Assembly (NCBI RefSeq): GCF_024521635.1
Contig: NW_026250424.1
Location: forward strand, 1-64,000
Length of the DNA: 64,000 bases
Reading direction: 5' to 3'
Source of the DNA: Tricharina praecox
Lineage: Eukaryota
Under the pieces are notes generated by a model. It had not been told where the DNA came from, did not search any database, and saw nothing but the letters and a program-made list of their open reading frames with translations. A program made the position numbers and the translations under genes. Positions 38,728 through 52,086 of this stretch are shown piece by piece; the stretch's first letter is position 1; every line of letters starts with the position of its first letter.

Positions 38728-39861
38728 ATGCCTCCCCACACCAACGAGTCCGATATGTCGCTCAGCGGGCTGTCGATCCACGAGTCCGACGATGCCAATG
38801 GCACCTCCCGTTATGCCAACTCGCAGTACGTGGGTGGATTCGGCACGCCTTCGCGGCCACTGGTGCCGGGCACGTATGCACCGACACCGGCATTCTTCGA
38901 CCCCGCCACCGACGACCTCGACATCGAGGTGATCAGGAAGCACGCTGTGCGGCTGGCGGAAGCTGGGCTGCAGGGCATCGTCACGCAGGGCTCGAACGGC
39001 GAAGCCGTGCACCTGAGCCACTCTGAGCGCCGCCTGGTCACGGCGGCGACACGCGAGGCGCTGGACAGCGCCGGCCACACGCACATCCCGGTGATCGTTG
39101 GGTGCGGCGCACAGTCCACCCGCGAGACCATCGAGCTTTGCCACGACGCGATGCTCTCGGGCGGCGACTACGCCATGATCCTGCCGCCGTGCTATTACCG
39201 GCCGCTGTACACGGGGGAGTCGCAGCTCGACTTCTTCCGCGACGTGGCCAATGAATCGCCCATCCCGATCCTGATCTACAACTTCCCCGGCGCCGTCGGC
39301 GGCATCGACCTGGACTCGGACGTGGTCACGCAGCTCTCGCGCCACCCCAACATCGTCGGCTGCAAGCTGACGTGTGGCAACACGGGCAAGCTCGCGCGCG
39401 TCGCCGCCGCCGCCCCCGCCGGATTCATGACCATGGGCGGCTCGGCCGACTTCACGCTGCAGACGCTCGTGGTCGGCGGCAAGGGCATCATCGGCGGGCT
39501 GGCGAACATCGCGCCGCTGGCGTGCGCGGCCCTGTTCACCCTGTACACCACGGGCCGCAAGGACACGGCGGAGAAGATGCAGGCGGTGATCGCGCGCGGC
39601 GACTGGGTCGCCATCAAGGGCGGCGTCGTCTCGACCAAGAGCTGTCTCAACTCGTACTTTGGCTACGGCGGGTTCGGCCGCAAGCCCCTGCCGCGCCCCA
39701 CCGAGAAGCAGGTCGATGACGTCAAGGCGGAGTTCGAGGAGCTGCTGCTGCTCGAGGAGTTCCTGCTCGCTGGCAAGAGGGAGCAGGACGTCCACTCCGC
39801 TAGGGGCAAGGATTTCCCGCAGCTCTTGGAACTCGAGCGCATGCTCGTCGCAGACGTCTAG
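38728..39861 (+). CDS. DHDPS/DapA-family class I aldolase (related to GaaC/LGA1 L-threo-3-deoxy-hexulosonate aldolase and HOGA-type enzymes), 377 aa, intronless
   Basis: Motifs PGTYAPTP, GSNGEAVHL, LPPCYY, PILIYNFPG and the Schiff-base Lys motif HPNIVGCKLT. Strong GC3 coding bias. The exact substrate cannot be determined. Confidence 0.88.
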   Translation: MPPHTNESDMSLSGLSIHESDDANGTSRYANSQYVGGFGTPSRPLVPGTYAPTPAFFDPATDDLDIEVIRKHAVRLAEAGLQGIVTQGSNGEAVHLSHSERRLVTAATREALDSAGHTHIPVIVGCGAQSTRETIELCHDAMLSGGDYAMILPPCYYRPLYTGESQLDFFRDVANESPIPILIYNFPGAVGGIDLDSDVVTQLSRHPNIVGCKLTCGNTGKLARVAAAAPAGFMTMGGSADFTLQTLVVGGKGIIGGLANIAPLACAALFTLYTTGRKDTAEKMQAVIARGDWVAIKGGVVSTKSCLNSYFGYGGFGRKPLPRPTEKQVDDVKAEFEELLLLEEFLLAGKREQDVHSARGKDFPQLLELERMLVADV

Positions 39862-40260
39862 ACTGCATCCCTCCCTGGTTCGGGGACGGGTACTCCCTGT
39901 GCAACCGTTGGTTACACACAGACCAACCTCTTCCATCTGCCACCTGCCATCCATCTTATGCTGCCACGGTGCGAGCACCTCCTCTTCCCTCACTCTGTGG
40001 TTTCGATCGATCATTCCTTTGTAAATATCCAGCGTCTCCGTGTTTCAGCGTCTCAGTGTTTCAGTGTTTCAGTGTGTCTCAGCGTTGCTTTTCCGCGTTT
40101 GTTTTCCGCATATGTTTCCTGTTTTGTTTTGTTTTGGTGTTTCCTTTCGGTTTCTATTTACTTTTTCGTTTTGTTTACTGTTTATTCAATCTATGATTTC
40201 TGGCAATGGGATAAAAGGGGATTCATCGGACAAAGTGTATGTATTGGGCGAGCATCCAAC

Positions 40261-40390
40261 ATTTCACATATCTACACCATCTTGCTTGCTTTGCTTGCTT
40301 TGCTTGCTTTGCTTGCTTTGCTTGCTTTGCTTGCTTTGCTTCTTTCGGTGCCTTTAACGTTTTCACATATCTACACCATCTTGCTTGCTT
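40261..40390. repeat. (TTGCTTGCT)n array inside a duplicated TTTCACATATCTACACCATCTTGCTTGCTT unit
   Basis: Read directly from the sequence. Confidence 0.85.
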
Positions 40391-41948
40391 ACTTACTTGC
40401 TGCTTTGAGCTCTTCCATCTGCGATTTTGGGCATTATGTTTCTCTTCTTCCTTATGATTGTGATTTATTTACTTCTTCCGCATGCGTTTCAGAGTTGGTT
40501 TTTGCTTTTTCTTTTCTTACGGTTCCGTGTTCATTCGTTAGGGATCCACGGGGCGGTTGCGGCTCGTGGGTTGTGGGATGTGGCCAAAAGGCATACAGGC
40601 GAAAAATTCCATCATATCATATCATATCGTATCATATCATATCGTATCAGATCAAATCGTAGCACACAAATCGTATCATACAAATCGAAGTCTTCTTCTG
40701 TCTCCGACACTTTTATGGTCCTGTCTGAAATTCGTTCTATCACACAATCAATGTTCTCATCAATTGTTCTGAAACACTTGTGGTCCTCTCTAAAATCCGT
40801 GCTGGCGGAAACTCTATCACATCATAGGTACAATCGAAGTCAACATCAACATCTTCTCCTTCTGAAACACTTGCAGCGGTCGTCCCCTCTGAAATCCGTG
40901 CTGGCCGATCGCTCTCGGTCTTAGTCTCGGTCCCGTCTCGTACCTACATAACCTGCCTATTCTATCCTATCCCACATATCATATCCCGTGATTACAAGTT
41001 CCAAGCTCGAAGCTCCAAGTTCCAAGTTCACGTTTCCAAGTTTTCATCTCCAACGAGCCACACCACGCAGCCACGCAGTCATGTAGCCACGCAGCCACGC
41101 AGGACATGAAACGCAACCACGCAGGAAACGAAGCGGACCGGACAGCGGGCCGGGCAAGTGACTGGCGATGGGGCTGGGCTCGTTGTCGCAGCTATAGTAG
41201 GTACGCTTCTCGCTCGATTCGATTCGATTGTTTCGATTGTTTCTCTCTCTCGAGCTGTGGGCCCGATGGTCGTGGTCGTGGCTACGATACCTATCGTACG
41301 GCGCAGTAGAGCAGGTGTGATATAGAGGAGGTGTTAGAAGGTGGAGCTGACTTAGTTAGTACTATAGAGTGAGTAACCTCCGTCCGCATCATCAACATCG
41401 TCAACGCAACTCCGATACGATATGTACAACACCCAAGTATGCACACTTCGGTATACGGTACGGTTCCTATACCTGCGTAGCGAGCGAGCGAGGTGTGGAG
41501 ACATCTCTATGGTTAGGTTAGGTTAGGTAGGTTATGCGGTTCCAACGTGTGCGTGCATGCTGATTCAATTCTCCGTGCCCCCTCCCGGCGCCGATGGGAT
41601 TTCGTGATCGGGGCTTGTGTGCGTGCTTGCTTGCTGGGTGTGTGATGTGGGATCAGGATCCGGGAGTCGAAAGCACTCTACATACTAGTTAGTCGGTTGG
41701 TTAGTAGTTGCATCGTGAATCGTGATCGCGAGACCATAGTCCATCCGGGCTGGCTGGTTGACTGGCTGGTTGACTGGCTGGTTGACTGGCTGGCTGAGCC
41801 ACTTGCGCTCGGCGCGATCGCAGGCGGTAACGGCTGTACTCTGTCCATACCGGTAGAGTGCGTACAGCTCGCTCGACGACGACAACTCGATTAGCCCCCC
41901 GCCCGCCCCCAGCGGAAATTTTCTCCCTCTCCCTCTCCCCCTCCCTCT

Positions 41949-41949
<1 letters not shown>

Positions 41950-42001
<52 letters not shown>

Positions 42002-42030
42002 GCTCTCACTCTCGCTCTCACTCTCACTCT
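41950..42030. repeat. (CTCACT)n hexanucleotide microsatellite
   Basis: Read directly from the sequence. Confidence 0.9.
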
Positions 42031-43181
42031 CTTTCCCGTCACTTCCTTCCTTCCTTCCTCATCCTCTCTCCTCTCGAGTAGGATCGCACCCGCTATGTTA
42101 TGTAGTTAAATAGCTATTACGCGAATGAATCCTCGGTCGATTGAGATGGCGGGAAACACGTAGGGCTACCTATATAGTATATCCATAGTACCTGCTTGAG
42201 TAGAGTAGCTAGTTCGCATGTGCTGGCTCGTCTGCACATGGCGGTCTTCCCCGGATCGTCATCCGCGGCGGCGTTTGTTACGCTGATGGGTACTGGCGCA
42301 GACTGGGTAGACGGTGGTAGGTACCGTACGACAGCACGACAGCTGCGAAATAGACTATTCGCTGGTCGCTGGTTGGTTGGCTGGTCGACTGACTGGATGG
42401 CTGGTTGGCTGGCTGGCACTCGTTTGCCAGCGGCCAGCGGCCTGCCCCAAATTCCAATGCGGTGGGATAGGTCGAGATGGCGCCCCCGTCCGGGCCGAGG
42501 TGAAGGGAGGGGAGGCGGCGGCGACGGCTTCGCTTGGGAGTGGTCGACTACGGTAGGTACTCTAGGTAGAGTGTATAGAGTACCGGTAATGCGGTATTTC
42601 GGTTCCGTGTGGATGTGATTGGCAGCTGTAAAGTAAGTGCTCGACGGCCATTGGCGACGGGTGATGGGTGATGGGTCGGTCAATCAGCGTTCGATGGGTT
42701 GTGCAGTCCAAGACGTTTTGGTCCCCGTTGACACATCGATCCATCCAGAACGACGTCATCCCGTCGAGATCAGCAGCGGCTAGTCTCCCCGCACCACCAC
42801 GACGACAACCACGACAACGACGAAGACAACCACGACAACGACAATAACGACGACAACAACAAAGGACAGACAGACAGACAGACAGGCATCGACGATTCGG
42901 CTCCGCACACGAACCGCCATTGACAATGCCTATCCTCCATCAGCATAGTTACGACTAACTACTAGAGTCCAGCAAACCCGCGGAATAAATCAAAAACTGG
43001 CCAGTTTCTCGATTATTCCGCGAACCCCAAGTCTCGTGCGTCTCGTGCTTGACATCACACCTCATCTACCCCGCGCACTGTGCAATTTACATACTCCATA
43101 CTCTACGCAGTACTGATCTCGAGCTCCTGCAGCGCCGGTCGAGGTCGAGGTCGAGGTCTAGAAATTCCACGGCGGCGGGGC

Positions 43182-43231
43182 GGTGGTGGTGGTGGTGGTG
43201 GTGGTGGTGGTGGTGGTGGTGGTGGTGGTGG
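43182..43231. repeat. (GGT)n microsatellite
   Basis: Read directly from the sequence. Confidence 0.95.
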
Positions 43232-44025
43232 CTGAAGCATCTGGCCGGTCTTGCCCTGCCCTGCCCGCTGATTGGGCGTCTACTCGGTTCCTGACAGCTG
43301 TCATGCAGTAGTTGGCCCGTCGTGGTCCAGCTTTCAGAGCCGTGCACGGATGGGAGGGGGGCGGCCTTACCTTTCCCGCCCGCCCTCCCTCCCTCCCTCC
43401 CCTGTCGCCTGGTCACTGGGTATCACGAGGGAACGTTCGATTGTAGAATTCGAAGGGCCCAGCCCCCCCTCCCCGCCGCTCAACGGCCTAGAACTTCGGT
43501 GCAGGGTTATGTCATCGTATGCAGAGGAAGCGGAGTCGAACCCACCCCGCCGACCCCCGTAGCCTATCGCAGTGCGCCGTGCTCTCGGCGCCCCTCACGA
43601 AAACAAAAACCATGCATCTCTCGCATCTACCCTTCTGCAGTGAGATTCGTTCTGCCGCAGGAAGCTGCGGCGCGGTGATATCATTCCCGTCGTCCGTCTA
43701 CCTACGTCGTCATCGTCGTCGTCCGTCGTCCCCTGCCCCCTCCCCCGGGTCGGCAGGAGCACTCTGACCACGCCGCCGCGGCCGAGGGCTAGACGCTGCC
43801 CCACCCCCCCCCTCCCCACCCGACCCCAACCCCTCATTTCGCAAAGACATTTAAAGCTAGAGCTCCAACTGCACTGTACATAGGAGCAGAGCAAGTCGTT
43901 GTCGAAATCGGTTTTCACGAGAGCAATCGGAACCCAAACCACCCCAAACCACCCCAAACCAGACCAATTCAGACCAAACCGGACCAGACCAGACGCCCCG
44001 GAGATTTCCAACATCTGCAACTGCA

Positions 44026-44059
<34 letters not shown>

Positions 44060-44419
44060 CCCTGCGCCCGCGCGCGCGCGAGCCCACTCGGCAAAACATG
44101 TTGTACTTACATGCTTCATTCATGCCTTGCGTTACAGTACCGCATATCGTTGCCAGACCAGGTCGATCCCACAACCCTGGCTGGACTTGCTCCTCCACCT
44201 CCTACCCGCGCAGCAGCAGCAGCAGCAACGTCGATGTCGACGAGATACCTATCCAAGCCAGCCCCGGTCCGCGCGAGTCACCCATGCGTGGCAACGAGCG
44301 AGAAGGAGGGTCTTGCGATGTTTGACGTTGGCAATTGACAGTTGGCATTGGGAGGGAAGGACGGCGGGAAAGGGAACAGAAGTGCGAGGGGTACACGGGT
44401 CGGAGATCGGAGATCGGGA

Positions 44420-44484
44420 ATCGGAGGTCGCGGGTCGGAGGTCGCGGGTCGGAGGTCGCGGGTCGGAGGTCGCGGGTCGGAGGT
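44420..44484. repeat. 14-bp minisatellite (GGGTCGGAGGTCGC)n, ~4.5 units
   Basis: Read directly from the sequence. Confidence 0.9.
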
Positions 44485-47400
44485 CACATCGTTTCGCCCC
44501 CGTGCCACACGACCACACGAGGTCGCAGCGAAATCAAACCAGGCGCCAGGACGAGGAACATACCCCCACCCATCACATACTCACATACCGCCCCCCGGAC
44601 TCAGAGATTGCAGCCTGATACTTTGCAGCAAAGCATTCGACAAGTCCACGCTCGAGTCCTCTGCTCGGCTCCCCACATCGTGACCTCCGTTTCGTGCCTC
44701 TTCTCCTTCTTCTCCTTCTTCTTCTTCCCCCTTTTCGGTCCAGAACCGTCCCGAGGCGATCGAGGTGGATGGGCGGACAGTCTGACGTTGAAGCTAAAGA
44801 GTCCGTCTTTCCATCCACCCATCGTGTCTTGGCAGCGAGAGGGGGGGCTGATGTGTCTGCGCTCAGTCACTCACCCCACCATGCCTCACCGCACTGCCAA
44901 CCGGCGCGCGATACCGTCATTGCACATACACAAAATCATCCGATAACCACCTAAGACAAGACACTTTAGCCAGGGTGAAAAGGAACAATGTCTTCCGTTC
45001 GTTCCATGTCGATGCATCGATGCATCGTGCGTTTGCAACCGCCGTATGTATGCACAATACACTACATACAACATACTTCTACGTGGTTGGTTGGGTGGAT
45101 TCGCGATTTGAGGCTAGGTAGGTAGGTTGGGTAGGTTGACTTCGTTCCACCCAATCGCGAGCTTTCCCCCCCCCCGCCCATCTCCCGTGCGACAGGTTTA
45201 CACGAACGAACGAACACAAGCCCGAGAGATCGAGGGAGGTCGACCCAACTCCAACTCCAACTCCAACTCCTAACCCAACCTCACAGACGACGGGGACGGA
45301 TTCGGAGGGGGACGAGGGGGGACTTCTGCAGGGCCTCAACTCAGCTCAGCTCGGTGTGGTGACTTACCGCTTTCTCGTCTCCACAACGCAGTAATAGTTA
45401 CTACGGTATACTATAGGCTTTCCGTTGCTTGTGTGTAGGTAACCAACCGCGAAGGATATCTTATCTATCGGCACCCCATACCACCTAGTATCTACACGTG
45501 CGCACGTCTCCGCCGCCTGTGCCTGCCTATCTCTGCCCGATGTCTCAGACTCTCAGGCGAGCCTTCCCTCCCTTCCGGTCAGCCTGCCCACCCGCTCGCT
45601 CGCTATCTTGTTGATTTTTTTTTGTTGAAACCCGAAGAACCCGCTTCCCCCGGCCGATTAACCAAATCACCCTGGCGCCCGGCGCCAGGGTGGTGGGGCT
45701 CGGGCTCTGCGGGTGGACTGGGCTGGGTGGGCTGGGTGGGCTGGGCGGTCCGGCTTGTGGCCGGTAGCAGCTGTTGAATCATAGCTTTGACCAACTAATA
45801 TTCTTTCCTTTTTCTGTTTTCGGGGTTTTTGCTTTTTTCCTTTTTTGTGGTTCCGATCCTTCCTTCGTTCCGTTCGTTGCGGTGTTGCTTGCTTGCTTCT
45901 TCGGCGAACTTTGGCGAACCTTGATAGCTTCGCGCCCTCCGACTCTTCGAGTATCAGCCGGGGTTTGCTCGACAACGTCATGCTTCCGAATGCCTCGTGC
46001 CGGGGGCTGACGACAGCACGGTGAATGGCAAGGCAAGGCTCGACTCAATCCGATCAGATCAGATCAGATCAGATCAGGCTGAGACCTCAGAGTTTCAGAC
46101 ACCCGCCTCGCCCGCCCGCCTCACTCGCCCGCCTTGCTCGTGCTATGTTTACAGTACACGCGGCCTAAGAAGGAAAAAGGAAGGAAAAAAGAAGACTCTT
46201 ATCAGTGAGTAGGTACTTTCAGGTAACTACCGTACCTACGATACCGGTATTTGCTTTTTTAACACTTGCAAGATGCCCGGATGGCGAGACACCCAACGCA
46301 ACAACACAACGCAACAGACAGAACAAAATAATGCCCTCGCCCGTACGAGTACAATACAACAGGCAGGAAGCGGCGTCCCCTCCGCACTGCACTCTATGTA
46401 CGAGCACATACAACAGCTGCAACAACCCCGCGGCGGGAGGCACGCAGGATCACTCGCGTCTTGGCGATAACGACCCCCATGCCCGCGAATGGGGAGGCGG
46501 GGCTGGCCGATTGTACGATAGGTACTCTATCTACCCAACTCCGGCGCAACACGTTCCGGGCCGTGAGCAGAAAACATGCCCTCGTTCGTTCGACCTGCCC
46601 CGCCATGAGCAATTGCGACTCGCGAGCAAAACTGCGCACTTCGGGGGTCAGCCTTCAGGTCTGCAATATGGATTGATGGATTGTGTGTGCGAATCGCTTC
46701 GAATCGCACCGCATTGGTTGGTCGGACAACACTGTCGTGGTCATACCCACCGTACCGGTATGTACCTATTGGTTTCTTTCTTCCCGCAACGAATCAGAAT
46801 CATATTCGGTCGGCGGCGGCGGAGTCTGTGGCTCTTGCTTCCAATTGCTTACTTGCCCGCTCGTTCGTTCGGTTGCTGTTGTCCCCAGGCATGTACCGCC
46901 GATACCGCTGTAGATATGTGCCAATCAGCGGCGGGTAGCCACTCGACACGCTAACTACCAGATGCCATTTATTTCTTCTGAATGCGTCGTTAGTTAACAA
47001 GTACATGTTAGTTCGGGTTCGATTGCGGGGGAATAATATCGTCTCCATGTACTCTGCATACATACGAGTACATATCTACAGTGTGCGGTGCGGTGCGATA
47101 AGCTCCCCCCAACCAACGTGCGATTCGGCTTCTTCCCGAACCCCTGCGATTTCAATTGCAACTGCAACTGCAACTGCAAGACCGAACATACCGACATAAC
47201 ACAACATGTATTTCCCGCAAGCCGAGCGAGCGACGAACCTGAACGTATGTAACGTATGTACGGCCCGTCCGCCCTAGTCCCGCCCGCACAAGCACAAGCA
47301 CAAGCACAACCCCCTCACCAGCGAGCGAGCGAACGAATCCATGGCTGCCGCCTCACTGGCGGGAAGGTTATTTTTCACCCCCATTCCCATCACAAAACGA

Positions 47401-48893
47401 ACGAACAAAACACATTAACAATACGACAGCTTCCGGCGTGCTCTCCCCTCTTCCCTCTCCCTTCCTCTCGAGGCGGTCGCTCCGCATGACTCCCCCTCCG
47501 TCATGGGGGCGGGGGGGATGTTGGTTGGCTCACAGTCTGTGCGGGTTTATGGTGTGGGTGTGGTTGTGGCTCATGCTCATGCTCATGCTCATGCTCATGC
47601 TTATGCGGTCGAGATCATGATACTTACTAACTCACTAACTGGCTACATAACTGACTAGTAGCATACGGTAGCATACGGTAGCATACGGTAGCAACTGTGT
47701 CGTCCACAACCACCACAACCACCACAATGCGGGATCTTCCAGAAGCCGTCAAGCACATACATATGATACATGTACTGTACTGTGGTGTGCTGTGCTGGAT
47801 AGTGCTGTGCTGTACTGGGCAGCCACCTCGGGCGTACCAGCAATTCTCTGTCTGTTTCTGTCTGTCTCAGGCTCTCAGATGATATGGCTGGGAGGGTGCA
47901 GCAGCAGGAAGGTCAAACTCAACTCAACTCAACTCAACTCTCGCTTTCAAGTTTCGATCGATATCCTTGGTATCTTTGCCCTTGCCCGACCAGCAAAGCA
48001 AAGCAAAGCAGAGTCGCTCTCGATCGATTGATTGCAGAACACTGAAGAGAAAGCGTGTTGCTTCGAAGGTGGAAGCCTTACATTACACGCAAGCGTACCG
48101 CGTACCACCTGCTGCCTCTGCTTCTACCTCTGCTTCTACCTCTGCCTCTGAGCGAGCGTGAGGTTTCGATCAGGACCGGACTGTGCGGCGGCAGGAACCT
48201 AGTGATGCAGGGGACGAGGGGGGACGAGGGAGCCCGGTGGATGTACAATACCCAGTGGACAACTCATCTGCCCTCTACCAGTACGGTGCTCTAGCTTCGA
48301 ACAACCTGAGGTCGAGAGCGAACGTGAGCCACACCACCACCGCTGCTGAAACCACTTTCCTCGACAGACAGACAGACAGACCGCCATCATGCATGATGTG
48401 TGAGGATAGCCCCACCCCCTGCAACCTACGTAACACTTCGTCTTGCGGATCAAGCGATTGCTCGTGATCGACCGCAGGTCCGCAGGTTCGCAGAGCAACT
48501 TGGCTGCTCCTGCACCGAGAGAAGGGGGAAGATCGAAGCAGTCGGCCGGCAGTCTTCACCTTCACCGGGGGCTGGTTCGCAATTCCTTCGTTCTTCGTTG
48601 TGTCCTTTTCAAAGTTTCCTTGGTTCTGCTCTGCTTCTGTTGTCAGGAGCGTGGGGACACAGACACAATGTACCGTAGTTACTGTAATGTACTTTACGTA
48701 TCACACCGCAATTGAAACTTGAAAGGTCACATTGCCGTAACTTTGTACGAGCGGACTTGTCCGAATCCGAATTTGAATCGACACTCTTCATGAAGAGATC
48801 ATCAATTGAAACCGTGCGGTGGTGGTGGTGGTGGTGGTGGTGGTGGTCTGTAGCAGGGGCTGTAGGTAATACCTAGGTGGGTCGCATTGATCT

Positions 48894-48944
48894 GCGAGAC
48901 TGCGAGACTGCGAGACTGCGAGACTGCGAGACTGCGAGACTGCG
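48894..48944. repeat. 8-bp tandem repeat (GCGAGACT)n, ~6 units
   Basis: Read directly from the sequence. Confidence 0.9.
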
Positions 48945-50557
48945 ACGTCCCCGCTCCTGTCCGCCCGCGGCCCAAGTTCAAGTTCAACTCAACCCCCGTC
49001 CCTCGCTGTCATACCTACACATGCCATACTATGCAGGTTTCCCTCCCTTCCTGCCTTGCGAGAAGAAGCAGACGTTAAAGAAAAAACCTGCTCAAGACCC
49101 TCGACGTCTAAGCCCACCCGATCCGTGAGTCCGTGACGAGTGATATTCTACGTAACGTGGGGGGATGAGATGTCGGCAATTAATCCTAGGTACTCTAGAG
49201 CACTATACCAAGAGCAGAGCAGAGCAGAGCAGAGCACCAGTGCATCTCCCGAACGCAGGTCAAACTTTCAGTAGCGAGGCGAAGCAGCAGCAGCAGCAGC
49301 ACAGCAAAGCACGAGTGCCGGCGCGGGGACGGGGGCGAGGACGGGGGCGAGGACGGGGGCGGGGACGGGGGCGATCCTAAGACTCCGCGGACTGTGGCAC
49401 TGTGGCAATCCGCGGGTGGCGTAGACGCCCAACGATCGCAGTCGAGACCGCAGCATGGCATGCACACTGTGTTTTGTGGTGGGGGGTGGGGCGGAAAGCC
49501 ACAAAAAAAGGAAAGAAAAAGAAGAGAAAAAGAAGAGAAAAAAGGAAGAGACCGTCGGTCTCGGATGGATGGATGGATGGATGGAATGATACACTGTAAG
49601 TACTTACCAACGTACAAGCCTACCTTGTAGATGATAGGTAGAATGCCACCAGCGAGAAGGCCCACATCTCTCCGGCTCCAGCGCGTTGCTGCGGCCAGCA
49701 TTGGCCTGGATTCCTGGCTTGCGGGCGGGGCGTCGAGGATCCTGCTGCCCGGAGACAAACTTCGGGCATTTGCATCCGGGTTCTGGCATGGTTGGACTAC
49801 GGTACGGTGGTACTGTATGGCCACCAAAGTGCCCGTCGTTTCCTGCTGGCTCCGCTGCTGCGGGAGGAGTGCTCGAGCTGTACATAGCGGGTGGCGTTTT
49901 GCATCGGTGGCGGAAGCGCGGAGGATCCTACTGCTGGGCCGGAGCCATAGGCCCGTAGCGGGTGGCGCGCAAATAGGTGGGGTGCGTGTGGACCTACCTA
50001 TCTACCGTGCCAGTGCCAGCATCAGCACCAGCAGCACATCGCGGTAACCAAGTGGACTGTGGCGGAAGCAGAAGTAGCCTGGCTCACCCATTCGCGCTGC
50101 GCGGAAGTGGCTTTGGTCTGGGCGTGCGCTGAGATGTCACTCGACCGCGTGATGGCGTGTGATGCTTTGTGCGAGCCCCTCAGCACCCGTGAACAAATAT
50201 TTCTCGCGTACGAAACTGGGTAAGTACTTATGTAGATAAGTAAGTGCTATGTAGGACGGATTTGGGCTCGTGCCTCGGCCCGTTGAATGGCTTCCTTCCG
50301 TCCCCATCGGTGGATAAGCTACCCAGGCTTGTTTTTTCTTCTGCCGAATCTCAACCCGAGTCCTCAATCCATCACTCGCGCTTTCCGTACCGGTACCCAA
50401 GTGGTCACCACACTTCGCTACAAAATGTCTTCCCTTTTTTTCCTTCTGATGCGGATATGTTGATATACATGTGAACGCTATTTCGCCCCACGTTCGTTGC
50501 AAGATAATCGGTCATACGTTGTGGGAAAACGAGTGCGTGTATCCTGAATATGTTACA

Positions 50558-50959
50558 GGGTCTAATTTGTGAACTACCTATACTATAATTGACTGGCTAT
50601 TGGTTCGGTGGCACACTTGGTTCTGGGTACTTTGCTAACCGAAATTGAGAGGTGGGTGGTTGAGGGGAGGGGGAAGTGCGCAGGAGCCTGGAGGTGATGG
50701 ATACATAGAGGGGGAGTGCTATGGGGACGACAGTGTTGTGGAAATATCACCCGACTGCTTAGTCATTGTAGACAGCACGCGCCTCGGGATGGGAAAGGTG
50801 CTAGTGCGGCGATGAGGGGAGTTGGCTGGGAGTGGGCGTGGAAGAACCGCGGAGGTGCGGTCGGAAGGGTGCGGATATGGCCTGGGAGGAAGAATGGCCG
50901 TGTCAGGCGGATACCACTCGACACTTACCCCGACCCTTCGAGTGCTGCGAGTATGAGCT
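50558..50959 (+). repeat. ~400-bp dispersed repeat, copy A (inverted relative to 56799-57210)
   Basis: Collinear similarity along its length to the reverse complement of 56799-57210. The first 39 bp are identical. Confidence 0.9.
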
Positions 50960-51097
50960 ACACCAGCACTATTGCCGTCGCAACCATCACCAGCACACGT
51001 TTGCAAAACAGATAAAACGACAAACGAAGAATGTACGCATGAGCAGACTAGTTTCTCCGGGCCGGCAAATCAAGTATGTTCAAAACTCCCAACTATC

Positions 51098-52086
51098 TTA
51101 TCGTTCCGGCTCCTCCCCCAGCAGCGCCGAGAGTACTTCGTACGAAGATTTATACCTATTCCACTATCAGTCTCATATCTCCTCTCGGGGGTCCTCTCAA
51201 AGGTGCATACCACTGCCCAGCAATCTCCCTATCCGCCTTCCCCGCCTCGCGAGCGCCCTGCCTGGCCCTAACCGCCTCATTCGCGAACCTCTCGAGGCCC
51301 TCCTTCTCCCTCTCCCTAGTGACGATCTCCTTCTCCAACTGCTCGACCTGCTTCTGCCTCCTCGGTATAGCCACACCTAGCAGACTCTTCAACTCGCTCT
51401 GCAGCATCGCCAGCTCGCTCTCCGCCGCCCCCACGTACTGCAGCGTGTCGTCCAGCGGAAGGTTCATCTCGGGCCTGTCGTCTGCCGCGCCGCGAAGCGT
51501 GGCGATCTCCGCCCGCATCGTCGCTGTCTCCGCAGGCAGCGAGCGCGCTTGCTTGGCCGTATTAAGGAGGCGCTCGTATGCTGTAGATAGCTCATGCGTT
51601 AGCGCACCCTTCCCCCTTCCCCACCCCCCTCTGACTCGAAAACCTACCCGGCGCCAGCCTCGCCCCGACCTCATCGATCTCCCTGAGAGTCTCATCGACC
51701 TTCTTTTTACACCTCTGCAAACTCTCTTTCGCGCTCTTCAGCTCCGCCTCGCGCGCGGCGTTCTCCTCGGCCTCGTGGATCTTCGGCGGCTCCTCGGTCA
51801 CGTAGCGCAGGAACTTCTCCTTCGTCATCTGCTCGAGGTACGAGAACCGCAGCTGCGAGAATAGCTCCTTATAGTGCTCCAGCTCCGTGCAGAGCGTGCC
51901 TGGGTACGTGGACACCGCGCGCGTGTCGTCATCAGAGTTGCCGGCGTCGTAGGGGAGGGAGGAGGGGGGTGGGAAGGATTCGATGGATGAGGTGAGCGTT
52001 TGCAGGGTGAGGCGCGCGCTCTCGAGTTTGCTGAGGACGCTGGGTAGGTCGTTTGTGGCTGCTGGTGGGGGTGAGGGCGTGGCCAT
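51098..52086 (-). CDS. sos7: Kinetochore protein Sos7/Kre28-like (Spc7/Spc105-binding), ~288 aa. Exons 52086-51648, 51580-51211, 51155-51098
   Basis: Family motif HYKELFSQLRFSYLEQMTKEKFLR followed by a coiled coil. Introns 51647-51581 and 51210-51156 have GT..CTAAC/CTGAT..AG and restore the frame. Confidence 0.8.

Noticed and set aside
38635..40014. 459-aa minus-strand ORF, plus other long antisense ORFs (11684-12847, 13309-14388, 768-1586)
   Set aside because: These are shadows of GC3-rich genes on the opposite strand and carry no recognisable motifs.
39958..40662. 234-aa hydrophobic ORF resembling a membrane protein
   Set aside because: Its hydrophobicity comes from T-rich sequence and the (TTGCTTGCT)n array. 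It starts at GTG and shows no coding bias.
41510..41535. (GGTTA)n run resembling a telomeric repeat
   Set aside because: The unit is 5 bp rather than TTAGGG, with few copies, so it is an ordinary microsatellite.
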